Source of the DNA: a virus
Direction: 5' to 3' (one strand)
IMG/VR virus record: IMGVR_UViG_3300006921_004083
Coordinates: 59,783-123,782 of that record
Length of the DNA stretch: 64,000 nucleotides
Within the stretch, counting starts at the first letter, position 1. Every line of letters begins with the position of its first letter. Below, in pieces: positions 9,621 through 19,795 of this stretch. Under the pieces are notes generated by a model that was given only the letters and a program-made list of their open reading frames with translations, made no database searches and was not told the origin of the DNA. The translations under genes and the position numbers were made by a program.

Positions 9621-12600
9621 ATGAAAGAGTCCAAAGTAATAAGAATTCTACCTAAAGAAGGTAATCAAACTATCAATGTTGATCTAGAACAAGATTTTGA
9701 TTACCTAGAGATTCTTAGTCTTAAAATTTTACAAAAAGAAGCTTATAGAATATTTTGTTCCGATAAAGGAGTGTTGGTCGGTAAAGTTACTTCTAACGGG
9801 AATTTTCCAATACAAAATGCTAAAATTTCTGTTTTTATTCCACTAGACGCTAAGGACGCTAGGAATGAGACCATAAGACAGTTATACCCTTTTAATACCC
9901 CAAATGATACCCTTTCCAGTGGTAAGAGATATAACTTATTACCACGTGATAAACAATTAGCAACACCGGCGGATCACGTACCAGTTGGAACTTTTCCATC
10001 TAAGTACGATATTATGACGAATCCCGACCTAAAATATATCCATGAAAAATATTATAAATACACCACAACAACTAATGAAAATGGGGATTATATGTTTTTT
10101 GGTTTACCTAGTGGAACACATATTGTTCACGTAGATGTTGATTTAAGTGATATCGGTACAAATTCGGTAACACCATCAGACCTAATTAATTTAGGGTATT
10201 CCCCTTACCTGTTTGACTCAGAATCACAGTTCAAATACTCAGATGATTTGAATCAACTTGCACAAATTGTGGGATTAAATAGTACCGCATATGTTAATCC
10301 TTTTTGGGGAGACATTGACCAATGTGAATTTGGTTTAACTAGATTAGATTTTGCAATTGCTAGATTCGTCAACCCTAAGGCTTATTTTATTGGTAGTTTT
10401 TATACCGATGGGACTATAGGGACAGATAACGCTTTTGTTCCTAGTGCGTGTTGGCAAGAATACGCGTCATATAACTCTTCTATGAAAGGATTTAAGAATG
10501 GGGTATCACGAATAGTTAGAGCTGATAATCTAAGAACACCAAGACAAGTTAAAGCGGACGGTGAGTCTTTTGGACATGTTGGTATAATAGAGGCTATTAG
10601 GTTAGATGAAGATGGAGTACCAGAATATGTAGGTAAATGGAAAACTGACATGGATGGAAACTTTGTTATACCTTTACCCTTAAACTTAGGAAAAAAAGTA
10701 TGGGACGAAGATTTACAAGGTTGGAGAGATGATGACGAAAATGGGGTTGCCACATATGCTGATTATAGATTTAAGTTTTATTTTGAAGGACAGGGGGACT
10801 TTAATGATTATGGATTCCCAGAAATACAATTCCAAAGTATAACAAATAGAGGAATATTTTTCGCACCCAATCGTATGGACGATAGCCAAAATAGAATAGC
10901 ATATGATTCGGCTTCAGATACCTATACGACCGCATCCGAAGAGAATAAATATAGTTTCCACGCCACACCTGCCTATGGTTCTACTTCTGAATATACCTAT
11001 AATATGTTAGACCAATTTGGAGTTAGGGTTAAAGAACACACTAATTACGCTAGAATTAGAATGAGTGGTTTTTATACGATGGGACAATCTTTTAATTATT
11101 ATGCGGATTATGATAATGCTATTAATGATATCGGTGCCGGAACGCAACAAACTACTGGTCAATTTGGGACACTAGATTGGTTTTTCCAACAAAATCAGGA
11201 CGGTATTCCCGATCGAAGTGATAGATATGATAATTATTACAACAATACTTCACCAGATTGGATGAATAATAGTATAGGGACCAATCCTTGGATCATTAGT
11301 AGAAGTTATGTTTATACGGATTTATACTCTACCGGAGACGTTACCAGTAGAAACATGTTTCCAATTAATTACTTATTCGCTGACTATTATATGAAAGCAC
11401 CTTCTCGTCAAAAAGACTTAATAGATGTTAATATAAATGATTATGGTGGTTTCGTATCCAATTACTTCATTAATAGAAGAGTTGAGGCGAGTTATCGAGG
11501 ACTCGGATACAATTCACTAGGTGGGGGAACAATTGAATTAGTAAATGGAGCAGGAGACCCCGGTATGGGTAACTCAACTAATATTGCTACGTGTGATAAT
11601 CTACCTTCTGCAGGGTGGAGACAAGGTGAGTTAATAACAAACTATATTGATACGGTAGCCAACCCCGATTTCTATAGTGACGGTACAATGGATAATTGTG
11701 TTGGGTGTTTAACTTTTGGGTCTTATAATGATTCAGGACTTTATCTGATGCATAACTCATCAAACGGTTCTTGGTATAATGAAGATGCAATTCCTTATTA
11801 TGGGGATGCTACATATACATTAATAAACCCCGCCAATACTATAGGTACTACCGCTGCGGACACTATTACGGGAAATATAATGATGGGGGGGTTTGTTGCC
11901 CCTTATGCCGCGGCTTATGATTTGGGTGCACAATTAGTTACCACATGTACAAATGGGGAAAATGATTGGATTGTGGCCGGACTTTCCTATTGTGACGCAA
12001 CGGTTTACGATTGTAATAATAACAACAATTGGTCTTTTTCAGGACACACAGCATATTTTGGTGACACTAATACGGATGGAACCTGTATTGCTGGAGGTAC
12101 TAATGCAGGTATAGCTGTTGTTGATTTTGATAATACTGCTGGGGCGGTTAATCCTGGTGGAAATGTCACAATAAAAGGATATGAGAACGGGATAGTTCTT
12201 TGGCAAAATATACAACTTAAAGAGGGAATGGGAGTTAGAGTAACAGTTAGACCAACCAATTCTGATGAGGGTAGTACTCCATTTAATAATGATCGTGCAG
12301 ATTCTAGAGTGGGAGTTTGTTATTATTGTACACAAGGATATGGTGGTGGCGGTTGTAGTGATACAGAATTTTCAGCCTTTTGGGTTCAAGAAGTTAATAC
12401 TATAAGAAATTATGACAATAGAACTATAAGTGAACCTTTAATTGGTTCATTATATTTTCCACAATATTATGTGGGTGAAGAAGCTTCAGAATGTTGTAGT
12501 CGTAGTAATTACATTACCGAACAATCATGGGACGAGTATCAAAATTTATCAGTATGGAATAGAACATCAAGTTGGATAAACCATTCATTACTTTATGCTG

Positions 12601-13451
12601 GAACTTATGGAGATCCACTATCACTTACTTATAGGTATTATGTAGATGACTTTCCTGGAGATCCTCTAGCAGGTCAGGTAATAACGAATGCTAAATATTA
12701 TAATGTAAACACAATTGGGGAGATACAAATAAAAGAAATAACTAAAGATATCCCTAACTTTCAACTAGGGATAAACCAATGGTCAAGTATAGATAGACAT
12801 CTACCTTCTTCCTCTGCACATCCTAGTGCTGAAATGGACGAAGGGTTTACAACTAGAGAAACTAATCATGAAGACTTTGACACAAATGGAAATGGAACTG
12901 GTGTTTCTTTTATACAACATAAATATTTTGCACCATACGATAATCTTTTATTTAGAACAGGGCAACAATGGCCTAGAGATTTAGATGAAGACGGAACTGA
13001 ATTATTGGCGTTAGAGACAACCATACCAGGATGGTATGATTGGACATCTTCAGCTTGGTATGGTAATTTATTGTACCCTGTCCAACCTCTATACAACCCT
13101 AATGGGTATAAAACATATTCTAATTATCATGTGTTTAGATACGCTCCAACAGATATGGACACAAGTGCGTCCTGGAAACCTTGGTTAAGAAGAGTACCAA
13201 AAGAATGGTATGATACTAATACTTTCTGGTGGTCATCATTACAAGTAGTACAGACTACCGCTTGGACTGGGTTCCAAACCTCACCTTGGTCAGTAGGTAA
13301 TAATTTTAATAATGATAAAGGGGCGGATAATACAGCGGTTAGAGCTTATCCATATAGAGGGTATTACTTTTTTAGTTTATATCATAATTTAAGTCCAGCA
13401 GAGAAAATAAAAAGAATACTGGGTTATAAAACAGGTTTAATTTCAGAATAA
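9621..13451 (+). CDS. large virion structural protein with an N-terminal carboxypeptidase-regulatory-like beta-sandwich
   Basis: GKVTSNGNFPIQNAKISVF and TTTNENGDYMFFGLPSG motifs; Tyr/Asn/Gly-rich; inside the baseplate cluster. Confidence 0.6.
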   Translation: MKESKVIRILPKEGNQTINVDLEQDFDYLEILSLKILQKEAYRIFCSDKGVLVGKVTSNGNFPIQNAKISVFIPLDAKDARNETIRQLYPFNTPNDTLSSGKRYNLLPRDKQLATPADHVPVGTFPSKYDIMTNPDLKYIHEKYYKYTTTTNENGDYMFFGLPSGTHIVHVDVDLSDIGTNSVTPSDLINLGYSPYLFDSESQFKYSDDLNQLAQIVGLNSTAYVNPFWGDIDQCEFGLTRLDFAIARFVNPKAYFIGSFYTDGTIGTDNAFVPSACWQEYASYNSSMKGFKNGVSRIVRADNLRTPRQVKADGESFGHVGIIEAIRLDEDGVPEYVGKWKTDMDGNFVIPLPLNLGKKVWDEDLQGWRDDDENGVATYADYRFKFYFEGQGDFNDYGFPEIQFQSITNRGIFFAPNRMDDSQNRIAYDSASDTYTTASEENKYSFHATPAYGSTSEYTYNMLDQFGVRVKEHTNYARIRMSGFYTMGQSFNYYADYDNAINDIGAGTQQTTGQFGTLDWFFQQNQDGIPDRSDRYDNYYNNTSPDWMNNSIGTNPWIISRSYVYTDLYSTGDVTSRNMFPINYLFADYYMKAPSRQKDLIDVNINDYGGFVSNYFINRRVEASYRGLGYNSLGGGTIELVNGAGDPGMGNSTNIATCDNLPSAGWRQGELITNYIDTVANPDFYSDGTMDNCVGCLTFGSYNDSGLYLMHNSSNGSWYNEDAIPYYGDATYTLINPANTIGTTAADTITGNIMMGGFVAPYAAAYDLGAQLVTTCTNGENDWIVAGLSYCDATVYDCNNNNNWSFSGHTAYFGDTNTDGTCIAGGTNAGIAVVDFDNTAGAVNPGGNVTIKGYENGIVLWQNIQLKEGMGVRVTVRPTNSDEGSTPFNNDRADSRVGVCYYCTQGYGGGGCSDTEFSAFWVQEVNTIRNYDNRTISEPLIGSLYFPQYYVGEEASECCSRSNYITEQSWDEYQNLSVWNRTSSWINHSLLYAGTYGDPLSLTYRYYVDDFPGDPLAGQVITNAKYYNVNTIGEIQIKEITKDIPNFQLGINQWSSIDRHLPSSSAHPSAEMDEGFTTRETNHEDFDTNGNGTGVSFIQHKYFAPYDNLLFRTGQQWPRDLDEDGTELLALETTIPGWYDWTSSAWYGNLLYPVQPLYNPNGYKTYSNYHVFRYAPTDMDTSASWKPWLRRVPKEWYDTNTFWWSSLQVVQTTAWTGFQTSPWSVGNNFNNDKGADNTAVRAYPYRGYYFFSLYHNLSPAEKIKRILGYKTGLISE

Positions 13452-13453
13452 TT

Positions 13454-16400
13454 ATGGAAAGAAAAAAAATAGTTGGTACACCTTTTAAGACAGCGGCGGG
13501 AATAAATGTTGGTTATGATATAAATGTAGACCTTAATCAAAATAATAAAACACTACCAACTGGAGAAGAAATTCGTATAGTTAGTGCTTCAGAACAGTTT
13601 GCAAAAGAGAGAAATGAATCCACAAAGTATAGACTAACGGCCAACATAAACCCTATAATTTATTACCCACAAGAATATTATTGGTTAGGTAATTTATTAA
13701 ATGCTAACTTTACTTTTGTAACAGGGGCTACATCGACATCCCAAACAAATGCTTTAGCCACCGTAAATTACGACTTACCTAATATTTTAACCTTAAATGG
13801 GCCAAATCCAAACGTTGAAAATTTTGAAGTACATAACAAAGATAATTGGGTAGGACAAATAATCTATCCTTTTCAAAATGAATATACTCTTAAGTATAAT
13901 ATCCCTCAATTTAATGCTAACCTAGCTTTTTCTATAGATATTGAAGATGCACGTTTTTATCTTGATACTGGTATTGATAAGTTATTATATGATAAAATAA
14001 CTGATTATCTAAATTTGATGAATAATGCGATAACTCCTCAGGACTGGTTTATACAATCAAATTTCATAGTACAAGAACCAGTTGAGTATAATGAAACATT
14101 AATTATATCTAATCAACAGTTTACAGGATATGTTCAGGACGGAATACCTTTTTTATTTACAGTTCCCTTAAAAACAGAACGGGGATGGTTTACTGCCATA
14201 TATATACCATATGAACATAATTTTGAAGAAGGTGATTATATTTTTATTAAACCCATTGCATCAACAGGATATCAGGTAGCCAATAATCAATACGATACTT
14301 GTGACCCTTCATTATATGGTTTTAAGCGTGTAATTGGAACACAATGGAATAGTGTGTTAAATAATAAAGGAAAACATTACGTTATTATTGAACATAAGTC
14401 TGAGTATCATGATGAATGGACAAACTCACCAGCACCTAATAGTAATTCTTGGAAGGTAGTATCTTCCCAAGGATTTATTAAAAAAGTAAAAAACTATTCA
14501 GATACGGGAGTTTTAGAAATATCTAGTGAACCTTTACAAAATACTACTTTTACTATTCAGCCAGAAGGTACGATGGTTACCTTAATTACAGAACATGGGT
14601 TAAAAAAAGAAGATGATATTTTATTAACACTTTCAGAAGATGCTGCTGACACAATGTTTCCTAATGAACTTAGACCTTTATTATATAATTTAAGTGGAAC
14701 ATACGAAGTTTTAGATATAGTTAATGATTTTTCTTTTATTATAAGATCAACAGAATTGGCGGATGGGATTGCCTATTATGACGGACAATATACGTTTGCA
14801 ACACTCCCACAGGCTACATTTATAACAATCTCCAAACTAAATCCATACCCTTCAGAATATTATTTAAGACGAGGAAAAATATTAACAACAATTAATGAAT
14901 TTGAAGTTAGTAGGTTACCAATGAGTAACAGTATATTTAATGACCCTAATTCTAATTTGGTTATTGAACAAGATATTGACCTTAAGGGGTTAAAAGATAA
15001 TCTTAATAGACCCATAAGTCAGTTGTATCTCATTATGACTAAAAGAGCAGGTAAGGAAAATTATGATTTTACTGATGTGGAATCTTTTTTCTCATGGATG
15101 TTTGAATATAGTCAAATACTGGTAAAAACAGGAGATGGGTTAGAAATAGAGTCAAAAAGATGTAAAGAAACAGATGATTATGTAGGATATGTTAAAGACG
15201 TTACAGGGGGATGGATGGAAGCTTATGGAGAATTTTTAGGAGATAGTTATTTTATTGATTTTACTGAGTATAATAAAGCGGATCTTCAAGAAACAAAAAT
15301 TGAAAAATTAAAACATAGATTTAATACTAGTTATCGTGAATGTGGTAATGGAATTTGTGATGAATTTTTATTAGATGTCACAGATGACAATTTTGGTGGA
15401 TGGTCATACTATAATGGAAACACATCAAATTTAACATTAGGCACAACAGGACCTGGAAATGGTGCCACCCTAACATCATCAAATTCTTGGGTAGGGCCTT
15501 CGGAAAATAATGCAGTTAGTGGGAATTTTATTGAACAAACTTTTATTGTAACACCCGAGTATCTTGGACAAGAACTGTATATGACTTTTGAATACACTCA
15601 AGTAACGTCTACAGGTATTGTTAAAATTTTAGACCCAGGTGGGGCACAAGTGACCACGGCATTATTATATCCAGGAGACGCGACTGCAATATACGGATTT
15701 GCTCAACAAGGAACTTACTCCGCAGTTTTTATACCATCTACCTTAGGAGTGTATACAATATTACTAGGTTTAAGTAATTTTCCAGAGACATACGACTTTA
15801 ATGGGGTGACTTACACAACCACAACTTTTGAAGGAAAGTTTAGTAATTTACAAATTCTAAAATATTATGGAACTCCACAATATGCGGGGTGGGTATATGA
15901 CCCTTTTGCTGAATATACAGTGAGAAAATATTCTCAGTTTATTGAAAGTGCGGATCCAAATGTCTTAGGAATTCCTGATTATGCCACATTTATAGATGGT
16001 TTATGGTTTTGGAGAGATTTGTTAGATGTGGGGTATTTTGAAGACACTGATTTTACAATTGGTGTCGATTATCCTTTTTTGAATGGGTACCATTACATGG
16101 ACCAATCTAAAAACTTAGATGTGGGGATAACACCAAATAGATTAGGTGGAACAAATGGAAGTGGTAACGGATCAACAATATTTGGGTGTACAGACTTCCA
16201 AGCGGCTAATTATAATCCCTTTGCAACAGTTCCTTGTGGAGACGACCCACTGCAAGGAGGACCTTGTATTCCAGATGCCCTGGGGGTTATGCAAGATTTA
16301 ACTAATAATCCATTAGGTTGTTGTTGTTTTTATGAATCTGACCCTATAAGTTCGGTGGATGCCACAAAATTTGCAGTAATGACTGTGGCGGCTAACAAAA

Positions 16401-18727
16401 GTGCCGTTTTTTATGATTATGGAAATATTAATAGTGGGTATAATAGATGTTATGGGAGGTATCCTTTTTGGAAAACAGGTACTTATTTTGGTTCTCAAGC
16501 CCTTGACCACCCTCTTTTGGCTAGTGAGATATCTTATGATTTTTACGGGGTAAGTGTAGGGGTAGAAAATCCCGCAGCGAGATTTGCTAGGGAAACGGGT
16601 ACCGCGAGAAATGATATATTTACATTCCAAAACTATGGTAGTACTGCCGGAACAATTTTGAACTTTGAAAATAATTTTGGTACCACACTTGGAGATGGCA
16701 CGGGTAATGATCTTTATGGTCCTTTAGTGGGACAAGACCAAGCATTGGCCGATCCAGACAATGAAGTTTTCCACCCAACAGGTTCTGAGTTTGGAGGAGA
16801 CTGGGGAAGTACACCTAGTGAAACGGCGGGAGAAAATAAACTAGAAGATTGGCCTTCATCAGAAAATATAGTGTGGAATGGCACCTCATATGTTGCAGAC
16901 AATGTTTATTTTAATCATTCAGGTATTTTAGAATTTTATAAGTTTGATACCAGTACTTGTAACACTTGTTTTGACAAAGGTCTTAATAGTGGTACTAATG
17001 ACTATTTTGCCCCTAGACATAATTGGCCCTTATTAGACCCACTAGCTCTTACGGGTGGTGGTACGGGTACTTTAGATACTTTTACAAATGGTAATGGGGT
17101 TGTTATGGACATGCCTATTCTTTATAAAGGTATGATGATGGGTAAAAATGCAGGAATGACATGGAACCCAGTTAGAAAATTTGAGAGAGGTAGTAACACT
17201 CCTAGTCCTGGACATAGTATTAATTTTTCTGATTGGGGTTCGGCGGGACTAATAGAAAGAGACTCTACTTACGGTAGTTTTCAAACCAATATTGTGGCTC
17301 ACAGAAGACCTGAAGACCCAGATAATTGGAGATTTTTCTATGGTCAATGTAGTGCCACATGGGGGTGTAGAAGTGGTAGTGGTAATTTTGGTGGTGGACT
17401 AGGTGTTGGGTCTAATTATCCAGGAGAAGCTCCGGCTGGAACTAGTTTTGGAACCATACCCAACGGAGTGGCAGTCACAGACTATACTGGAGCTGAAAGT
17501 CAATTTGTGGATTTTGGATTTGCTGAATGTGAAAATTCAGAAATGCAAGGAAGTGCAGGGGAAACTTGTAGGTATTGTTCTTGTTTAGTTCCTCATGGTG
17601 GAATTGACGGAGGAGGTGCTTCCACACTATACGGATATGACCTAGGAGGTAATAACACTTATGGGGGTTTTAATTTTGAATCGAACCAACCGAGTTATTT
17701 TGCTCCAGTCATACCAGCTGGGGAAACTCATAATTATAGATTTAGGGGAAGAGTAAATATAGAAATGGGTATTAATCATAACGCCTTTGAGTTCTACTAT
17801 AATTCTCTTAATTGGAATGGTGGTATGCAATTTGCGATGAGTCCAGAATTTGCTTATACAGGCGGACCCCCACTAACCTACCTTAATCCTTTTTGGTTTC
17901 CAAATAGTCAATGCTACGGACCAACTGAATGGTTACAATATTCACAATGGGTTGCTGGAGAAATGTCAGTATCCGAGGCATATCTAGACTATACTAGACA
18001 ATACGCTGGATTTTGGATTGCGGTAGTATCTGAGACTGCTAAGGTAACCTATATTTATGACCCTGACAACGGTAGTTCAGGGTTGTCTAGCTCACCCAAC
18101 CCTAAACAATCCCAAGGACCAGGAGGATTTAATAATGTAGACTGGAATCAAGGTTGTGGAGGTTGGAAAGTAGACGGAGTAACTCAAGCAACCAATAAAA
18201 TGTCATATACGCCTTGTATGGATGTTGGGGGAGGTCCTGGAACTACTATTGTTGGAAATTGTGGAATTGGAGCACCTAACCCATGTCCTAATTGTTCTAG
18301 TAGTTGGAACTATGTTAATCTTAATTTTGATTGTGGAGATACGGATTATGCGGCCGGTGGTGGAAGTAATGGCGGATCGGAATATTATCATCCAAGGTAT
18401 GATAGGTTAGTAGCTACTGGTAATTACGTACCAAGTTGTGGTGAACAAAACAGTGGCACAGATAAAGGAGATTTCCAAAAAATATTTTCTCAAAGTTTTG
18501 TTTCGGAAGACATACCATTAAAAACAGGTGACAAGGTTTTTATATATGTAAAATCAATTAATGGGGCTTTCAAAACAAACTTCAAAGGAGGAACAGAGTG
18601 GAAAACAAATGTAGGTTCTAGCACAGGGCCAATTGCTTCAGGATATGCGAATTGGGACACATTAGGTACAAACGAGGCTAATCACTTACCTTCGTATTTG
18701 ACGGCACAGTTTTTATCAATTACTTAA
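13454..18727 (+). CDS. very large virion protein (1757 aa): probable core plus a long Gly/Cys-rich C-terminal region
   Basis: FAKERNESTKYRL, LKDNLNRPISQLYL, WRDLLDVGY..GVDYPFLNGYHY, then a GCTD repeat and ~850 further Gly/Cys-rich residues. Confidence 0.6.
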   Translation: MERKKIVGTPFKTAAGINVGYDINVDLNQNNKTLPTGEEIRIVSASEQFAKERNESTKYRLTANINPIIYYPQEYYWLGNLLNANFTFVTGATSTSQTNALATVNYDLPNILTLNGPNPNVENFEVHNKDNWVGQIIYPFQNEYTLKYNIPQFNANLAFSIDIEDARFYLDTGIDKLLYDKITDYLNLMNNAITPQDWFIQSNFIVQEPVEYNETLIISNQQFTGYVQDGIPFLFTVPLKTERGWFTAIYIPYEHNFEEGDYIFIKPIASTGYQVANNQYDTCDPSLYGFKRVIGTQWNSVLNNKGKHYVIIEHKSEYHDEWTNSPAPNSNSWKVVSSQGFIKKVKNYSDTGVLEISSEPLQNTTFTIQPEGTMVTLITEHGLKKEDDILLTLSEDAADTMFPNELRPLLYNLSGTYEVLDIVNDFSFIIRSTELADGIAYYDGQYTFATLPQATFITISKLNPYPSEYYLRRGKILTTINEFEVSRLPMSNSIFNDPNSNLVIEQDIDLKGLKDNLNRPISQLYLIMTKRAGKENYDFTDVESFFSWMFEYSQILVKTGDGLEIESKRCKETDDYVGYVKDVTGGWMEAYGEFLGDSYFIDFTEYNKADLQETKIEKLKHRFNTSYRECGNGICDEFLLDVTDDNFGGWSYYNGNTSNLTLGTTGPGNGATLTSSNSWVGPSENNAVSGNFIEQTFIVTPEYLGQELYMTFEYTQVTSTGIVKILDPGGAQVTTALLYPGDATAIYGFAQQGTYSAVFIPSTLGVYTILLGLSNFPETYDFNGVTYTTTTFEGKFSNLQILKYYGTPQYAGWVYDPFAEYTVRKYSQFIESADPNVLGIPDYATFIDGLWFWRDLLDVGYFEDTDFTIGVDYPFLNGYHYMDQSKNLDVGITPNRLGGTNGSGNGSTIFGCTDFQAANYNPFATVPCGDDPLQGGPCIPDALGVMQDLTNNPLGCCCFYESDPISSVDATKFAVMTVAANKSAVFYDYGNINSGYNRCYGRYPFWKTGTYFGSQALDHPLLASEISYDFYGVSVGVENPAARFARETGTARNDIFTFQNYGSTAGTILNFENNFGTTLGDGTGNDLYGPLVGQDQALADPDNEVFHPTGSEFGGDWGSTPSETAGENKLEDWPSSENIVWNGTSYVADNVYFNHSGILEFYKFDTSTCNTCFDKGLNSGTNDYFAPRHNWPLLDPLALTGGGTGTLDTFTNGNGVVMDMPILYKGMMMGKNAGMTWNPVRKFERGSNTPSPGHSINFSDWGSAGLIERDSTYGSFQTNIVAHRRPEDPDNWRFFYGQCSATWGCRSGSGNFGGGLGVGSNYPGEAPAGTSFGTIPNGVAVTDYTGAESQFVDFGFAECENSEMQGSAGETCRYCSCLVPHGGIDGGGASTLYGYDLGGNNTYGGFNFESNQPSYFAPVIPAGETHNYRFRGRVNIEMGINHNAFEFYYNSLNWNGGMQFAMSPEFAYTGGPPLTYLNPFWFPNSQCYGPTEWLQYSQWVAGEMSVSEAYLDYTRQYAGFWIAVVSETAKVTYIYDPDNGSSGLSSSPNPKQSQGPGGFNNVDWNQGCGGWKVDGVTQATNKMSYTPCMDVGGGPGTTIVGNCGIGAPNPCPNCSSSWNYVNLNFDCGDTDYAAGGGSNGGSEYYHPRYDRLVATGNYVPSCGEQNSGTDKGDFQKIFSQSFVSEDIPLKTGDKVFIYVKSINGAFKTNFKGGTEWKTNVGSSTGPIASGYANWDTLGTNEANHLPSYLTAQFLSIT

Positions 18728-18740
18728 TTAATAATTTATT

Positions 18741-19793
18741 ATGGGAAATAAAATAACATACAAATTAAAACTTAACGATAAGACTAATGTAATTAACGTA
18801 CCGATAGGAAATGAATTTTTTCCTGTCGATAACACAGAATTGGTTAATGAAAAAGTTGAAAAAATAGTACAAAAATCCATTAATAATATCGATGATTGGG
18901 AAAAAACAATGTATAGGGTTAAATGTGATGGAGAAGTAGAAGGAACCTGTTTTGAATTAAGTTTGGATTTATGGGATAAAATTAATGGATCCACTACAGA
19001 TGATTGGGTAGGAGGAGGAATGTTTCTACAAGAGGATGTAGATTTTAAGTCACAAAGATTTAGAGGAAGTTTTTTTAGAATATCGTATTTTACAACCCCT
19101 CACAGAGAAACACAAAAATTAGTTAGTTATGCGAATATTCCCCTACTTAACCAAACTACAGCATCATTCAAGATATGCAATGAAACACCCGGAGGGTCAT
19201 TATTTTTTTGGAAATCAGAAAAAAAATTAAATATAACGCAGAATAGACTTTATATGAAAGTTGAGTTTTTTAATTCTGCAGATGGAGGAGTTGATATTTT
19301 TTCTACCCTTTTACCAGACTCCACAGGATCTTTCCCAATTGAGTACTATAATGAAAGTATGGATTACATACCCGTATTATTAAACCACAAAACAAGAACA
19401 TTTCAGTATGAACCTGTGGCTTATTGGTACGATGACATCACTACCCAAGAATTATATACTATACAATTAATAGGTTTATGTAGTTTAACCCTAATAATTA
19501 AGAGTCTTCACTCCATAACAGGAGGTGCGGTAAATCTTCCACCATTAAACCAACTTAGAATGGGGAGTACCACAAATAATTATAGTGTACCACCACTTCC
19601 ACAACAACAGGTTTTAGAGGAAGTTATTTCCACACCACAACCTACAATACCTAATAACTTAATGTCCTCTTTACCGCGAGGTTGTGTGAGAAGTATAAGG
19701 AGAATAAGAAAAATGTTCCCAACGTTTGGTACAAAAAGTTTAATAACAAGTTATTCCGGAGGTACAATAACACAAGAAACAGCTAATTATTAG
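18741..19793 (+). CDS. putative virion structural protein
   Basis: SFFRISYFTTP and LYMKVEFFNS motifs; position in the baseplate cluster. Confidence 0.55.
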   Translation: MGNKITYKLKLNDKTNVINVPIGNEFFPVDNTELVNEKVEKIVQKSINNIDDWEKTMYRVKCDGEVEGTCFELSLDLWDKINGSTTDDWVGGGMFLQEDVDFKSQRFRGSFFRISYFTTPHRETQKLVSYANIPLLNQTTASFKICNETPGGSLFFWKSEKKLNITQNRLYMKVEFFNSADGGVDIFSTLLPDSTGSFPIEYYNESMDYIPVLLNHKTRTFQYEPVAYWYDDITTQELYTIQLIGLCSLTLIIKSLHSITGGAVNLPPLNQLRMGSTTNNYSVPPLPQQQVLEEVISTPQPTIPNNLMSSLPRGCVRSIRRIRKMFPTFGTKSLITSYSGGTITQETANY

Positions 19794-19795
19794 TA